A DNA stretch of 62,923 bases, counting the filler, from Reticulomyxa filosa (taxonomy: Eukaryota > Protista > Foraminifera), in NCBI GenBank assembly GCA_000512085.1. It is 22 parts of 22 records of this genome, joined end to end, with 100 filler letters (N's around TTAATTAATTAA, not from the genome) between each part and the next. Parts side by side here need not be neighbours in the genome. Positions count along the whole stretch, not along the records: positions 51,609 to 54,329 come from ASPP01023800.1; positions 54,430 to 56,388 come from ASPP01013331.1; positions 56,489 to 57,676 come from ASPP01040991.1; positions 57,777 to 59,620 come from ASPP01002514.1; positions 59,721 to 60,720 come from ASPP01017052.1; positions 60,821 to 62,923 come from ASPP01018061.1; 16 more parts are not named here. The stretch is one strand, 5' to 3'. Positions 53,057 to 62,923 of this stretch are shown here, one piece after another (the stretch's first letter is position 1; each line of letters starts with the position of its first letter). Under the pieces are notes generated by a model. The model had not been told where the DNA came from. It saw only the letters and a program-made list of their open reading frames with translations, and did not search any database. Both the position numbers and the translations under genes were made by a program.

Positions 53057-53912
53057 TAATTTTTATTTTTGTTTTTGTTTTTTTTTGTTTTTGTTGTTAT
53101 TTAATAACACACACTATCCTAACACCACACAAAGCATAAAATTACAATAAAATGTGCATGTATTAGTATGAAAATAAAAAGAAAATATAGTGTGAAAAAA
53201 GAGATGATGTTGTAAAAAAAAAATATGTACATGTATGTACCTAACAACTGAACTAGTAGCCAACAACATTCAATCAACAAATTTGGAGTGGGGGTTATCC
53301 AAACAATAACCAATTATTCGTTGTGCTTGCTTTCAGTTTTGTTTACCTTCTATGACGTCATGCACATAAATCATTGCAATGAAAGAGATATAGAGTTAAT
53401 ATAATATTAATATAAAGAAAGGAATGTAAAGAAAAAAAAAATTATTGAGCCCAGTGGAGACACCACTCTAACCCAGTTGAGGATTGGTATAACATACCAA
53501 CTTCCTCGTGGAGACACCATAAAAAAAATTGGAGGCACTCAATAATATTTTTTCAAAACTTTCTTTTCTTTTTTTTTCTATCATATTAACTTTTTTGTGC
53601 ATGATTGATGGGGGTAAATGAGCCAATTACATTGCCTATGGCTTATATATATATCTCTTTCCACCAAATAAATTTTTTTTCACAACATAAAATGCCCTCC
53701 ACTCCATCTTTTTTTTCTATCTTTATCTTCTTTTATTTCCATATTTATTTCTTTTTCATTTGATTGAATTGGATATGATATTCGTGGTGTATCATTATCC
53801 AATATCTTGATTTGTTTTCTAATATCTGTTTATACATGCACATCAACTGATAATACAAAAGGTGTTATTTAATAACAACTAAAACAAATAAACAAAAAAA
53901 GATATAAAATTG
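53057..53912. ncRNA. Unassigned large structured non-coding element (fold-back with branch helices and crossing helices)
   Basis: More than 12 complementary segment pairs found by eye, e.g. 53152-53163/53832-53843, 53358-53366/53596-53604, 53441-53449/53538-53546, 53381-53392/53650-53661 and 53268-53277/53760-53769. No credible ORF. Whether it is an RNA or a DNA fold-back is unresolved. Confidence 0.5.
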
Positions 53913-54459
53913 AATATTGTTTGTTCATTATTTATTTTATTAGATTAACTTTTTTTCCTGTTTGGCTGTTGCGTTCTTGTGGATCACTTTTTTTTTATTA
54001 TTACTTTTCATTTCATTTACGCTTCCTCTCCATTCCACTCGAAAATACATACCTTAAATCATTCGCTTGTTTTCGCAAACTTTCCATTTTCCAAATATGT
54101 ATAGGTCGTCGATTAACACGTACTAATATAAAGTATAATGTCTTGTTTAGCCAAAAAATAATACAGAATTTTTTTAAATATGTATTCATGTTACGTACAT
54201 AAATTCCAGTATATAGGCATAAATACCACAATTGCATTATATAGTGAAATATGACATAATAGATTTACATTGTGTTTGTACAAAATATCCATAAAATGAT
54301 AATAAAATATGATATGTTTGTAATGTGTTNNNNNNNNNNNNNNNNNNNNNNNNNNNNNNNNNNNNNNNNNNNNTTAATTAATTAANNNNNNNNNNNNNNN
54401 NNNNNNNNNNNNNNNNNNNNNNNNNNNNNTTTTTTTTTTTTTTTGGAGAAATGTGAAAA

Positions 54460-54981
54460 GACAAATCATCCAGAGCTTTTTGTGTTTTGTGTCTTTCTAC
54501 ACAGACAACACACCACTCCTTCTTCACATAAAGCATTCCCTTTTTGCTCTCCTTTTCTTTGTGTTGCAAGTTGGTCATACCTAAGGTTCTGTAACACTGT
54601 TGGAAGTGGTCATAAAATGATGTACTATCCTCAAAATGAAGTCCACAGATGTAGCAGAAACACAAATTCTCAGGTTTTATGAAAAACGAAAGCTCGCTCG
54701 ACACATTACTATTGTTTTTCACGTCTACTTGCTGACCACAATTCAAAAACTGCAATGGGGGAAGAGAATCACTTGCATTTACTTGCCAGTGTCCACAAAA
54801 GGTTCCGTAATTCGCTCCTGGAGGCATAAAACCGGTGAACATGTTTTGGTCTTAAGTTTGAAAGGTAGTTTCCCATGAAGGGAGTTGCAAGGAACGTGCA
54901 GACTCCGTCGTTGTACTGTACAGACAGCTCTTCATTCTGACAATAAACTCTGAAATGTATATGCTTTGACTGTCTACACAT
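54460..54981 (-). CDS. Hypothetical zinc-finger protein, 5' part (frameshift ~54845)
   Basis: CYICGLHFEDSTSFYDHFQQC (C2HC-type) and a second CVVC motif. Confidence 0.4.
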
Positions 54982-55353
54982 TAGTTTTAATTATTCATAT
55001 TTACATCGGTCCAGGAACGTCATTTTTCTGATTATTATTTTTTACTGGACGAAAAAGATGTCAGATACATAAACTTGTGAATAAAATAATTGATTGTTAA
55101 CAAATAAAACGTATGAACTGTAAGAAAATAATCAAATCTTGCGAACCATTTTTTTAATGATAGATTTACTTTTGTCAAATCAAAAAGCTGACACAGACTC
55201 AGTTTTCTTAAAAAAGTTTTGATAGTTTTAAGTGAAAAACTCCAGTCTTTCGTTTTAGTGTTGTCATTATTTGTTTAAGATGAAAAAATGTACTGGTTTC
55301 GACTGGGTCTCATTCCAATATAAAGATCGCTCGCAGTACTACCTTATGATTGG

Positions 55354-56319
55354 GTGAGAATTACGAGCACAAGGAGTGAAAGACAGCAAAGAAAAGAAGT
55401 ATACTATAAAAAAAACTATAGGTTGAATATAGGGATTGTTTCGGTGTTGTTAGCAATAGAACTAGTGGCATTGGTATACATGATATATCACTTCCGCAAA
55501 AATAAACAAATTGAGAAGGTATTGAAATGGTCCTGTTTTTTCCAAGTAGTATGTACGCAGTGGTTGTTGCTGGATATACTTTTAGAGTTTATGGATTGGA
55601 GTACACCTACATTTTACCCGTTTTATTGCTACTATTTCAATACAATGCACATGTTATTATACGCTGTGGTGTACGCAATGGAGTATATGTTTTTATTGGC
55701 GCGTCTGTTTAGTGCATTCGATGGTACTGCCTTTACCGTTTCCAAGCGCAAAAAGAAGATATTAAAATGGATATGGTCGATATTTTTAGTACTTGCAGTG
55801 GCCAATGCGCTATCTCTTAATAAGGGAAATTGTAAGTATCACTTTTCGGTAGGCCCTACCAATTATGAAGTATGTGGCAACGAAAGCCAGGGTGCAATTA
55901 TCACATTTTTAGCTTTGTTTGTACCTTATATTGTGGCGATGAGTTTGTATTTAAGTTTTGCTTTCACGAAACGTTTGACAAGGGCCTCTGCTTTTGAGAC
56001 CTCTGCATGCTCAACTCCGGATCGTCCTGTTGCTAATCGGTCGCGATCCAATTCCTTGCAGCCAGTAGTCAACAATTTGACCGCACGATGCACTATCGTT
56101 ACGTGGGTCAGTGTTATTGTTACCTTTGTGGCTTATTTCATTTGTGGTTTTTTGATCCTACGTATCCAACAACCCTTTGCTGTGCCTTTGATTATCGTTA
56201 CCTCTGTTATCCCCTTAATTATTGATTCCTTTGGTCTGTTATCGCTTTTCAGCTTTTCTCACAAGTATTTTGACTTGTTGTGCGGTTCTTGCATGAAACA
56301 TGCTATTAATACTAATTAA
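55354..56319 (+). CDS. Orphan seven-transmembrane (GPCR-like) protein, intronless
   Basis: 321-aa ORF with seven hydrophobic segments, Cys at the top of TM3 and in ECL2, FLLARL after TM3, and C-terminal LLCGSC. Confidence 0.65.
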   Translation: MRITSTRSERQQRKEVYYKKNYRLNIGIVSVLLAIELVALVYMIYHFRKNKQIEKVLKWSCFFQVVCTQWLLLDILLEFMDWSTPTFYPFYCYYFNTMHMLLYAVVYAMEYMFLLARLFSAFDGTAFTVSKRKKKILKWIWSIFLVLAVANALSLNKGNCKYHFSVGPTNYEVCGNESQGAIITFLALFVPYIVAMSLYLSFAFTKRLTRASAFETSACSTPDRPVANRSRSNSLQPVVNNLTARCTIVTWVSVIVTFVAYFICGFLILRIQQPFAVPLIIVTSVIPLIIDSFGLLSLFSFSHKYFDLLCGSCMKHAINTN

Positions 56320-56488
56320 AACATCTGACCCTATCTCTTTCCTTTCTCTTTTTGGTCTTTGTTTGTTTGTCAATACACTTTTTTTTTTNNNNNNNNNNNN
56401 NNNNNNNNNNNNNNNNNNNNNNNNNNNNNNNNTTAATTAATTAANNNNNNNNNNNNNNNNNNNNNNNNNNNNNNNNNNNNNNNNNNNN

Positions 56489-56923
56489 GATGGACATATT
56501 ATTACAATTGGATCTGAATTATTTCAATGTTCAGAGTTATTGTTTTCATCAAATTTAATTGAAACAGAAAATAAAGGAATTCATAAATTAGTTTATGACA
56601 GTATTATGAAATGTGATACTGATATTCATCAATCTTTTTTTAATAATATTATTTTAAGTGGAGGTACTACTATGATACCTAATATTCATACTCGTTTCAT
56701 AAAAGAACTTACCACTTTAGTTCCTGTCAATATGCAAGTTAAAGTTATTACTCATCCTCAAAGAAAATACGGTGCTTGGATTGGGGGAAATGTTGTAAGT
56801 CATTTAAGCACTTTTCGAGATGCGTGCGTCACAAAAGACGAATATGATGAAAGTGGTCCTAGTATTGTACGCAGAGGATGTTGGTCAAGTCAAACACCTT
56901 TCTCTCTTAAAAAAACATTTTAG
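56489..56923 (+). CDS. Divergent actin / actin-related protein, C-terminal part (5' truncated)
   Basis: DGHIITIGSELFQCSELLF, SIMKCDTDI, IILSGGTTM, RKYGAWIGG, TKDEYDESGPSIVRR. Confidence 0.85.
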   Translation, partial: DGHIITIGSELFQCSELLFSSNLIETENKGIHKLVYDSIMKCDTDIHQSFFNNIILSGGTTMIPNIHTRFIKELTTLVPVNMQVKVITHPQRKYGAWIGGNVVSHLSTFRDACVTKDEYDESGPSIVRRGCWSSQTPFSLKKTF

Positions 56924-57421
56924 TTGTGGACATTAAGTACTTGCATAGAATATTGTTCTGTTGATATTTGAAAGTTATATTTTTACTTTCTTATTGATAA
57001 AAAAAAAAAATTCAATTCTGCGTTAAAAAAAAAAAAAAACTATGTAACTACAGCACTCTTTTTTATATTTGCGGATTACATTGTATGTTCATTATGCCTT
57101 TAAGAAAAGTAAGCTAATCGACATTAGCATTGCTGTTATTTCACATTTGTTCAGATCAATAGTGTCTTATCGAATGTTCACAGTTCTATTTTTGAATTTG
57201 GGCGTGAAGCCATAATTGGTTTTTAAAAATTTACACATTTTTTGTGATGATTTTATGTATTGGTTACCTTCTTTTTTTTTTTTTATTGTTCATCATAATA
57301 TTTTCCATAATTTATAATTTACCTTTGAGCTTGACAAGGGTAAACCTAACAGTAAAAAAGAAATAAGGGAGTTCAAAAGTTCATAAGTTTATTCTTAAAT
57401 AATTCAATTTACAAAGACATA

Positions 57422-57620
57422 ATGGATACGGCTAGCAACGAAAAGAAAAGGAGTGCCTACAATTGGTAAGTCTTCTCTCTTTTGTTTCTTTCTGTGCTTG
57501 AACCAAGCAAAAAAAACAAAGTCAGATAAGGAGTACAATTATTCAGCATTGGCTTCGTATTTTGAATATCAAATTAGGATGGATCGATGATTTTGACAAA
57601 ATTGTAATTGAATATGTTAA
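57422..57620 (+). CDS. 5' exons of a lineage-specific WD40-type gene (N-terminal module)
   Basis: ATG 57422, GTAAGT donor, then IIQHWLRILNIKLGWIDDFDKIVIEY. Family assignment is from recollection of Reticulomyxa WD40 proteins. Confidence 0.5.
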
Positions 57621-57804
57621 GTTGTTTTATGTTGAATTTTATTATTATTATTATTATTGTTATTATTATTATTATTNNNNNNNNNNNNNNNNNNNNNNNN
57701 NNNNNNNNNNNNNNNNNNNNTTAATTAATTAANNNNNNNNNNNNNNNNNNNNNNNNNNNNNNNNNNNNNNNNNNNNTAGCACAAGACTGTGCAATTGGAA
57801 ACAT

Positions 57805-58035
57805 ATTAATGAAAAGAAGATATTCATTCACAACAATCGCCGAGGATGAAGTTGTGCGATATATTAAGGAAAAATTGTTCAATGTCGCTTTATACTATGA
57901 TGATAAATTGAAGAAAGCTGACACCTCCAGCGAACTGGAACAAAATTACGACTTTCCTGATTGCCAAGTTATCACCGTTGGTGCTGAACAATTCCAATGA
58001 CTAGAAGTTTTGTTCAAATTAAATTTTATTAGATT
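57805..58035 (+). pseudogene. Actin internal fragment, degenerate
   Basis: RRYSFTTIAEDEVVRYIKEKL..VAL...SSELEQNYDFPDCQVITVGAEQFQ*LEVLF. Confidence 0.85.
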
Positions 58036-58139
58036 TGAAACATCATTTGAGAAAGGAAGACACAAAAATTGTATGTTTGTGTGAAAAAAAAAAAGGAGTA
58101 ATAATTTTTTTATCGGATTGGCTATTCGCCAATAACATT

Positions 58140-58640
58140 AGTGGAGATGCAAGAAATGCAGAAAACACAGTATTTGATGCAAAACGATTAATCGGAAGAA
58201 AGTTAGAAATTTTTTTTTTGTCAACCTCTTTATTTACTTTTATATACATATATATATAATAAAAATAGATTTGATGATTCAGTAGTTGAAGTTGATATGA
58301 AATTGTGAACCATTTAAAGTAGTAAAAGAATTAAAATATTGATTTTTCGCAAAAGAAATTTCGTCAATGGTGTTACAATACATGAAAAAAAATTCTGAAT
58401 TGTGTTTGGGTTGCTCAGTAAGTAATGCAGTCGTAACAGTTCCAGCGTACTTTAATGATTGTCAAAGACAATCAACAAAAGATGCAGGATTAAAAATGTT
58501 GCGTATCATTAATGAACCAACAGCAGCAACCGCAAAAGAACGAAATGTATTAATCTTTGATTTGGGTGGTGGCACCTTTGATTTGTCTTTGTTTATTGAT
58601 GATGGAGTATTTGAAGTAAAAGCAACAGCTGGGTGACACT
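58140..58640 (+). pseudogene. HSP70: Hsp70 ATPase-domain fragment with multiple deletions
   Basis: [74 protein letters not shown]. Confidence 0.85.
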
Positions 58641-59822
58641 AATTTAGGAGAATTTAAATTAGATATCACCCAAAACTTTTTTTTTTTCAATAAATCGAAC
58701 AACTCTATTGTTCGTCTTTTTGTGTTCATACTCAAGCAAAATGTATACAAGTGTAGAAACGAACTTTTTTTAATTTGATTGCTTTACAAGTTTCTACGCC
58801 TGACTAACTGTTTCAAACTAGGAGTGTAAACACAAAAAAATAAAACGTTTTAACACTTTGTTCGGGTTCCAAATGTTGTGCTGATAGAGTTAACTTTTAG
58901 TACTTAGACAAAAGCCCAATGCAAGTAAATTATTTCACAGACGAGACTTTTTTACGACTGTTCAACAAGTCGAGGGCTATTCATGCTTCTTTTGGAAATT
59001 GCAATACTCCAAATTACAAAAATTTGCAAGTTATTTTCATTGTAATACTATTTTATGTATTATAGTATATTTAAAATGTTCACAAGCAACTTTCAGTGTG
59101 TTCTGTCGTACTGTTAACAAAAGGATCTTTTTCGAACTTTACACAATGATGCGACTACTGGAAACTTTCAATCGTTTTCCAACAAATACAAAACTAACTT
59201 CTTCTTGTGGAAGAGAAGAGAAGAAAAATCTGTCTGCTATGGTTAACATTATCTTTATTTTTCCTTTGACGTGATATTCTTTCAGCCAAAGAATGTTATA
59301 ATTGAACAAATTGGTTTTCTAAATGATTCGCATTCTTCAATTGATCGGCTTGTTGGTTGTTTCTTGATTGCCTTGATTATTGATTCAATTTCCACAGCCA
59401 CACTAAAATTTCTGAAGGAGGTATCGCTTATGAATATGACCATGTTAATTGCTCATTTTGTTACAAAGACATAATAAAATTTAGCATTATAACACTTACA
59501 ATAAAATTGACAACAGTCATCCAAAAAATTCGAAAGTGAACATAACCCATCACTTATACTTGTTGGATGTATCGTTTTTTGCATTTGTGTATTAATTCCT
59601 GGCATTCTTACAACAGCTGGNNNNNNNNNNNNNNNNNNNNNNNNNNNNNNNNNNNNNNNNNNNNTTAATTAATTAANNNNNNNNNNNNNNNNNNNNNNNN
59701 NNNNNNNNNNNNNNNNNNNNATTCAAATTTATAAAAGTTATAAAAAAAAAAAAAAAAAAAAAAAAGTGTTCATTAATCAAACAGCTTCAAGTATGTGGAC
59801 ATGACGTATACATACGTTATAA

Positions 59823-60643
59823 GTGTACATAAAAATATCAAAAGATGATCTAATGGATTTACTAGACGCGAAAACAGACAAGAAATTACGAATAAGACAA
59901 AACTTTCAGACAGATACGACACAAGTGGAAAACTTGAGCAAGATATCGATAGCATCGGTCCATGATTTTGACAGGGCGCTACAAAAAGCCATTAGCAATC
60001 GTATCGTTGCCAAACATGCCTTGAATGCTGTCTCTTCGCGCTCGCATATGTTGGTCATGTTGTCTGTTGAACAGCAGGTCTTCTATTTTGATACATATAC
60101 ATAAATATATACATATACATATATGTGCGCGTGTGTACATGTATGAAAATGTATGACAAGATGGTGGATGCATCAGTGAGAACATCAAGATTAAACTTTG
60201 GCGATTTGGCAGGAAGTGAAGATGTAACAAAAGCACTGGGCCCAAATCCAGATCCGGAACGATTGAAAGAAGCCATTGCCATCAATAGTTCGCTATCTGC
60301 TTTGACTACCGCCATTTCCATGTTGTCCAGAGGACAAAGGCCTTCCTTCCGTTCTTCTGCACTTACTCACATCTTACAAGGTTTCCAGCATACTGTATAT
60401 ATATATACATACATATACATATACATATATATGTATATATCTATTACATATGCATACTTATATTGATAGATTCGTTGGGAGGCAATTCCAAGACCACAAT
60501 GGTTGTTAATGCTTCTCCGCATATTCGAAATCGAGTTACTTATCTATCTTTTAGTAAAATTGTATTTTGTATAAGTGTATGGAATATTATTTGTACAATC
60601 AACTGTAAAGTAAAGTAAAGTAAAGTATGCGACAAACACGTGC

Positions 60644-60674
<31 letters not shown>

Positions 60675-60720
60675 TAAAATAAGCCGGAGACTATTCGAAC
60701 CCTTCGATTTGCAGAAACGG
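59823..60720 (+). CDS. Kinesin motor domain, internal exons
   Basis: LNAVSSRSH, LNFGDLAGSE, INSSLSAL, FRSSALTHILQDSLGGNSKT, ETIRTLRFA; introns ~60078-60160, 60381-60469 and 60535-60683. Confidence 0.92.
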
Positions 60721-60870
60721 NNNNNNNNNNNNNNNNNNNNNNNNNNNNNNNNNNNNNNNNNNNNTTAATTAATTAANNNNNNNNNNNNNNNNNNNNNNNN
60801 NNNNNNNNNNNNNNNNNNNNTTTATTTTGTTTGTGACTACATATACTGTATACGTATATTCATCATCATA

Positions 60871-61404
60871 CCAAAAAAAACGAATAACAACGGCCATTGG
60901 AAACGACACACTAAAACCAAATACGGCACTGGTAATGCAACTTGCTAATAGCCCAATCAACAAAATTGGCTTCCGACCAAAGTAATCAGAAAGCTTTCCC
61001 CACGCAATTGATGCAACACAACTCCCGATAAAAAATAGCACTGTCCAAATATCCTACAAACAAGCACAGAGGTTCTTTTTTTTTTTTTTTTTTTTAATAC
61101 ATATATACGTATACATATATATGCATAAATATATATGTACATATTGTATACACACATAAAATGCTTATGTGCATATTTTTATACGTATGTGGGCAAAGAA
61201 ATGAATTAAATTAATAACCGACAAAGTAGCCCAATTCTTCGTTGGTTTATTTGGATAGAAGGAATGAACCATAAAGGGTGCGAATGGAAAGATGACGCTT
61301 GCCGCAAAAAAAGAACTGAACATAACGCATACAATTCCCATGACTATTCCTACGGTCGACTTTGAGCTTTTGTCCTCCTCGTCTATTGATTGTCGCAAAT
61401 CCAT
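60871..61404 (-). CDS. MFS transporter (ZIFL/DHA1-like), 5' exons
   Basis: SVIFPFAPFMV, and motif A WGKLSDYFGRKPILLIGL..FGFS..F.MAV..RF. Confidence 0.85.
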
Positions 61405-62596
61405 TATCTGTACAGGACTCTTTTTGTCATTGGTTGCCTCACTATCTGTTCTCTAAATTCGTATCCTTCTTCAACCCTTCATCTCTATCGTTTAGGCGTT
61501 TGAAACCTTTCTTACTATCCGCTCTTTCCGTCTTTGTTTGAAGCATTTCTTTCCACCTTGCACTGGTCGATTCATTATTTATTGGTTTTGTTTCACTCAT
61601 TTCAGCAAGATAGTATCTACTGATAGTTCCTTTCTTTTAAAAATATTGACAAAAAAATTGAAATAACTTATCACACGTCTTGTGACGACAACAGGTCGTT
61701 GCCTTTTTTTTTTTCAAAGGTAATTTTTTTCAGAGTGCTAGAATAAAGGCATACCAATGAAAGAAATCCCAAATTTACTCAACTTTTGTTTTCATACGTA
61801 AAGTAAAGTTGGGTATTTCAAAGCGAATAGCGTTGAAAAGAAAGGTACCTTACTCAAACATAGCATAGTGCTGACTGCAATTCATACAAAAGTAAACCTT
61901 CACAACAAATCACAAAGTGGTACATCATTGTTTCAAATCAAAAAAAAAACAATAAGATATTATCTTGATGCAAATATTAAACTGCTGGATTAAATTGACC
62001 TTATTCCAAACATATTGAAATCACAAACAAATTATCTCATGAACAAGACACAACAATTTGATTGTATAGAAAATATTTCAAATCATTTACAAAAATTAGA
62101 TGTCAATTGAATCTTTTCAATTTTTTTCTGCTGTTTGAAAAGTTTTATTGTGCGAGCATGGTGCAGCAAATTGACCATATGGAGAAGATTTTGTATTTGG
62201 ATTGCCGTTGGCAATGGCGTGATATTGCTGTTTTTTCTTTTTTTTCTTTGAGTCATCTTTTTTTGGATAAAGCTTTTAATTGGATATAGTTTTTCAATAT
62301 CAAATATCTTATAAAATTGAAGCTATAATACTCTTCATAAATGACAAACAAATTGAAAAAGATACACAAAATTACGTGTTGAAAAATGAATTTTTGGGAA
62401 TTGAAGAAATACTTATGATCGCGTACTCTTAATTGTGTCGTACTAGTACGTAAATGTATATGTGTTGTTGCATAAAAAATTAATCATGGTCCAAACAGCT
62501 TTCCCATTTACTTATTTGGAGTGTGAGCAACGCTTAACAAATTGAACGTTTTCGGTCAATGGCCTGAGAAAAATCTTTATGCTAAAAATTCATAAG

Positions 62597-62923
62597 ATGG
62601 AAGATACTTTGGATTTAGATGCAGCAATGGCGACATTGAAATCATGGACTCCATTCCAACTCTTGGAGAAATTGAGAGATTTGGGTGATCATGATTATGC
62701 CGAAGCGGCGGCCAACCGAAGCCTGCCCAACTTGCAATTAAGCTGTCGAATTTGTAGCGTCTTGGTAGTTTAGTAAACAACAGAATGATACAACAGCAAC
62801 AACAACAAAAAATAAAAAATAAAAAAAAACAAGGAAAAAAATCTGACAAATTCGGCCTTGTTCAAAAGAGTGAAATCATCCGCTGATGGTCGGATGGCGA
62901 ATTATGAGAGGAGTTCGAATCTT
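62597..62923 (+). CDS. Hypothetical protein, 5' exons, runs off the window
   Basis: ATG 62597, coding-like composition up to a GT donor at ~62765. Confidence 0.35.

Noticed and set aside
53467-53475. CTAACCC as a telomerase-RNA template
   Set aside because: Only 7 nt match the TTAGGG complement, the next base breaks the repeat, and the organism's telomere repeat is not visible here. That is insufficient to call a telomerase RNA.
53620-53644. GAGCC...GGCTT hairpin as group II intron domain V
   Set aside because: Too short, with no GNRA loop or catalytic bulge and no domain VI or AY end following.
5565-60820. Regularly recurring TTAATTAATTAA palindrome flanked by Ns, and apparent gene neighbourhoods across it
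   Set aside because: It is an assembly concatenation linker. Adjacency across spacers has no biological meaning, so no cluster or operon inference was made.

Overview
This window is not one locus. It is 22 short draft-assembly contigs joined by 21 artificial 100-bp spacers (N44-TTAATTAATTAA-N44). Twenty-one contigs come from an AT-rich, intron-containing protist. The expanded WD40, Kelch, 7TM and actin families and the Asn/Gln-rich proteins suggest a rhizarian or foraminiferan such as Reticulomyxa; this is inference, not a verified match. One contig (15533-16727) is GC-rich bacterial DNA carrying an lpxH-like 3' end and an L-lactate permease gene. Recognisable eukaryotic genes: lambda-crystallin/CRYL1-like dehydrogenase, PUL-domain protein, PX sorting nexin, Ser/Thr kinase, rhodanese, a large coiled-coil protein, 7TM-RGS-like protein, BAP31-like protein, tandem DOMON-cytochrome b561, P4-ATPase, YjjX-like NTPase, CTD phosphatase, orphan 7TM protein, actin, kinesin and an MFS transporter. 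There are also two decayed non-LTR retrotransposons and many pseudogene fragments. The most striking unexplained signals are: (1) an ~850-nt non-coding element just after the CTD-phosphatase stop, with two interleaved sets of long-range helices and a duplicated apical hairpin; (2) introns with GTT donors, U-rich 5' halves and A-rich acceptors; (3) mosaic pseudogenes with microhomology-type deletions. Coordinates of spliced or decayed genes are approximate spans read by eye. Many single-base frameshifts look like homopolymer sequencing errors.
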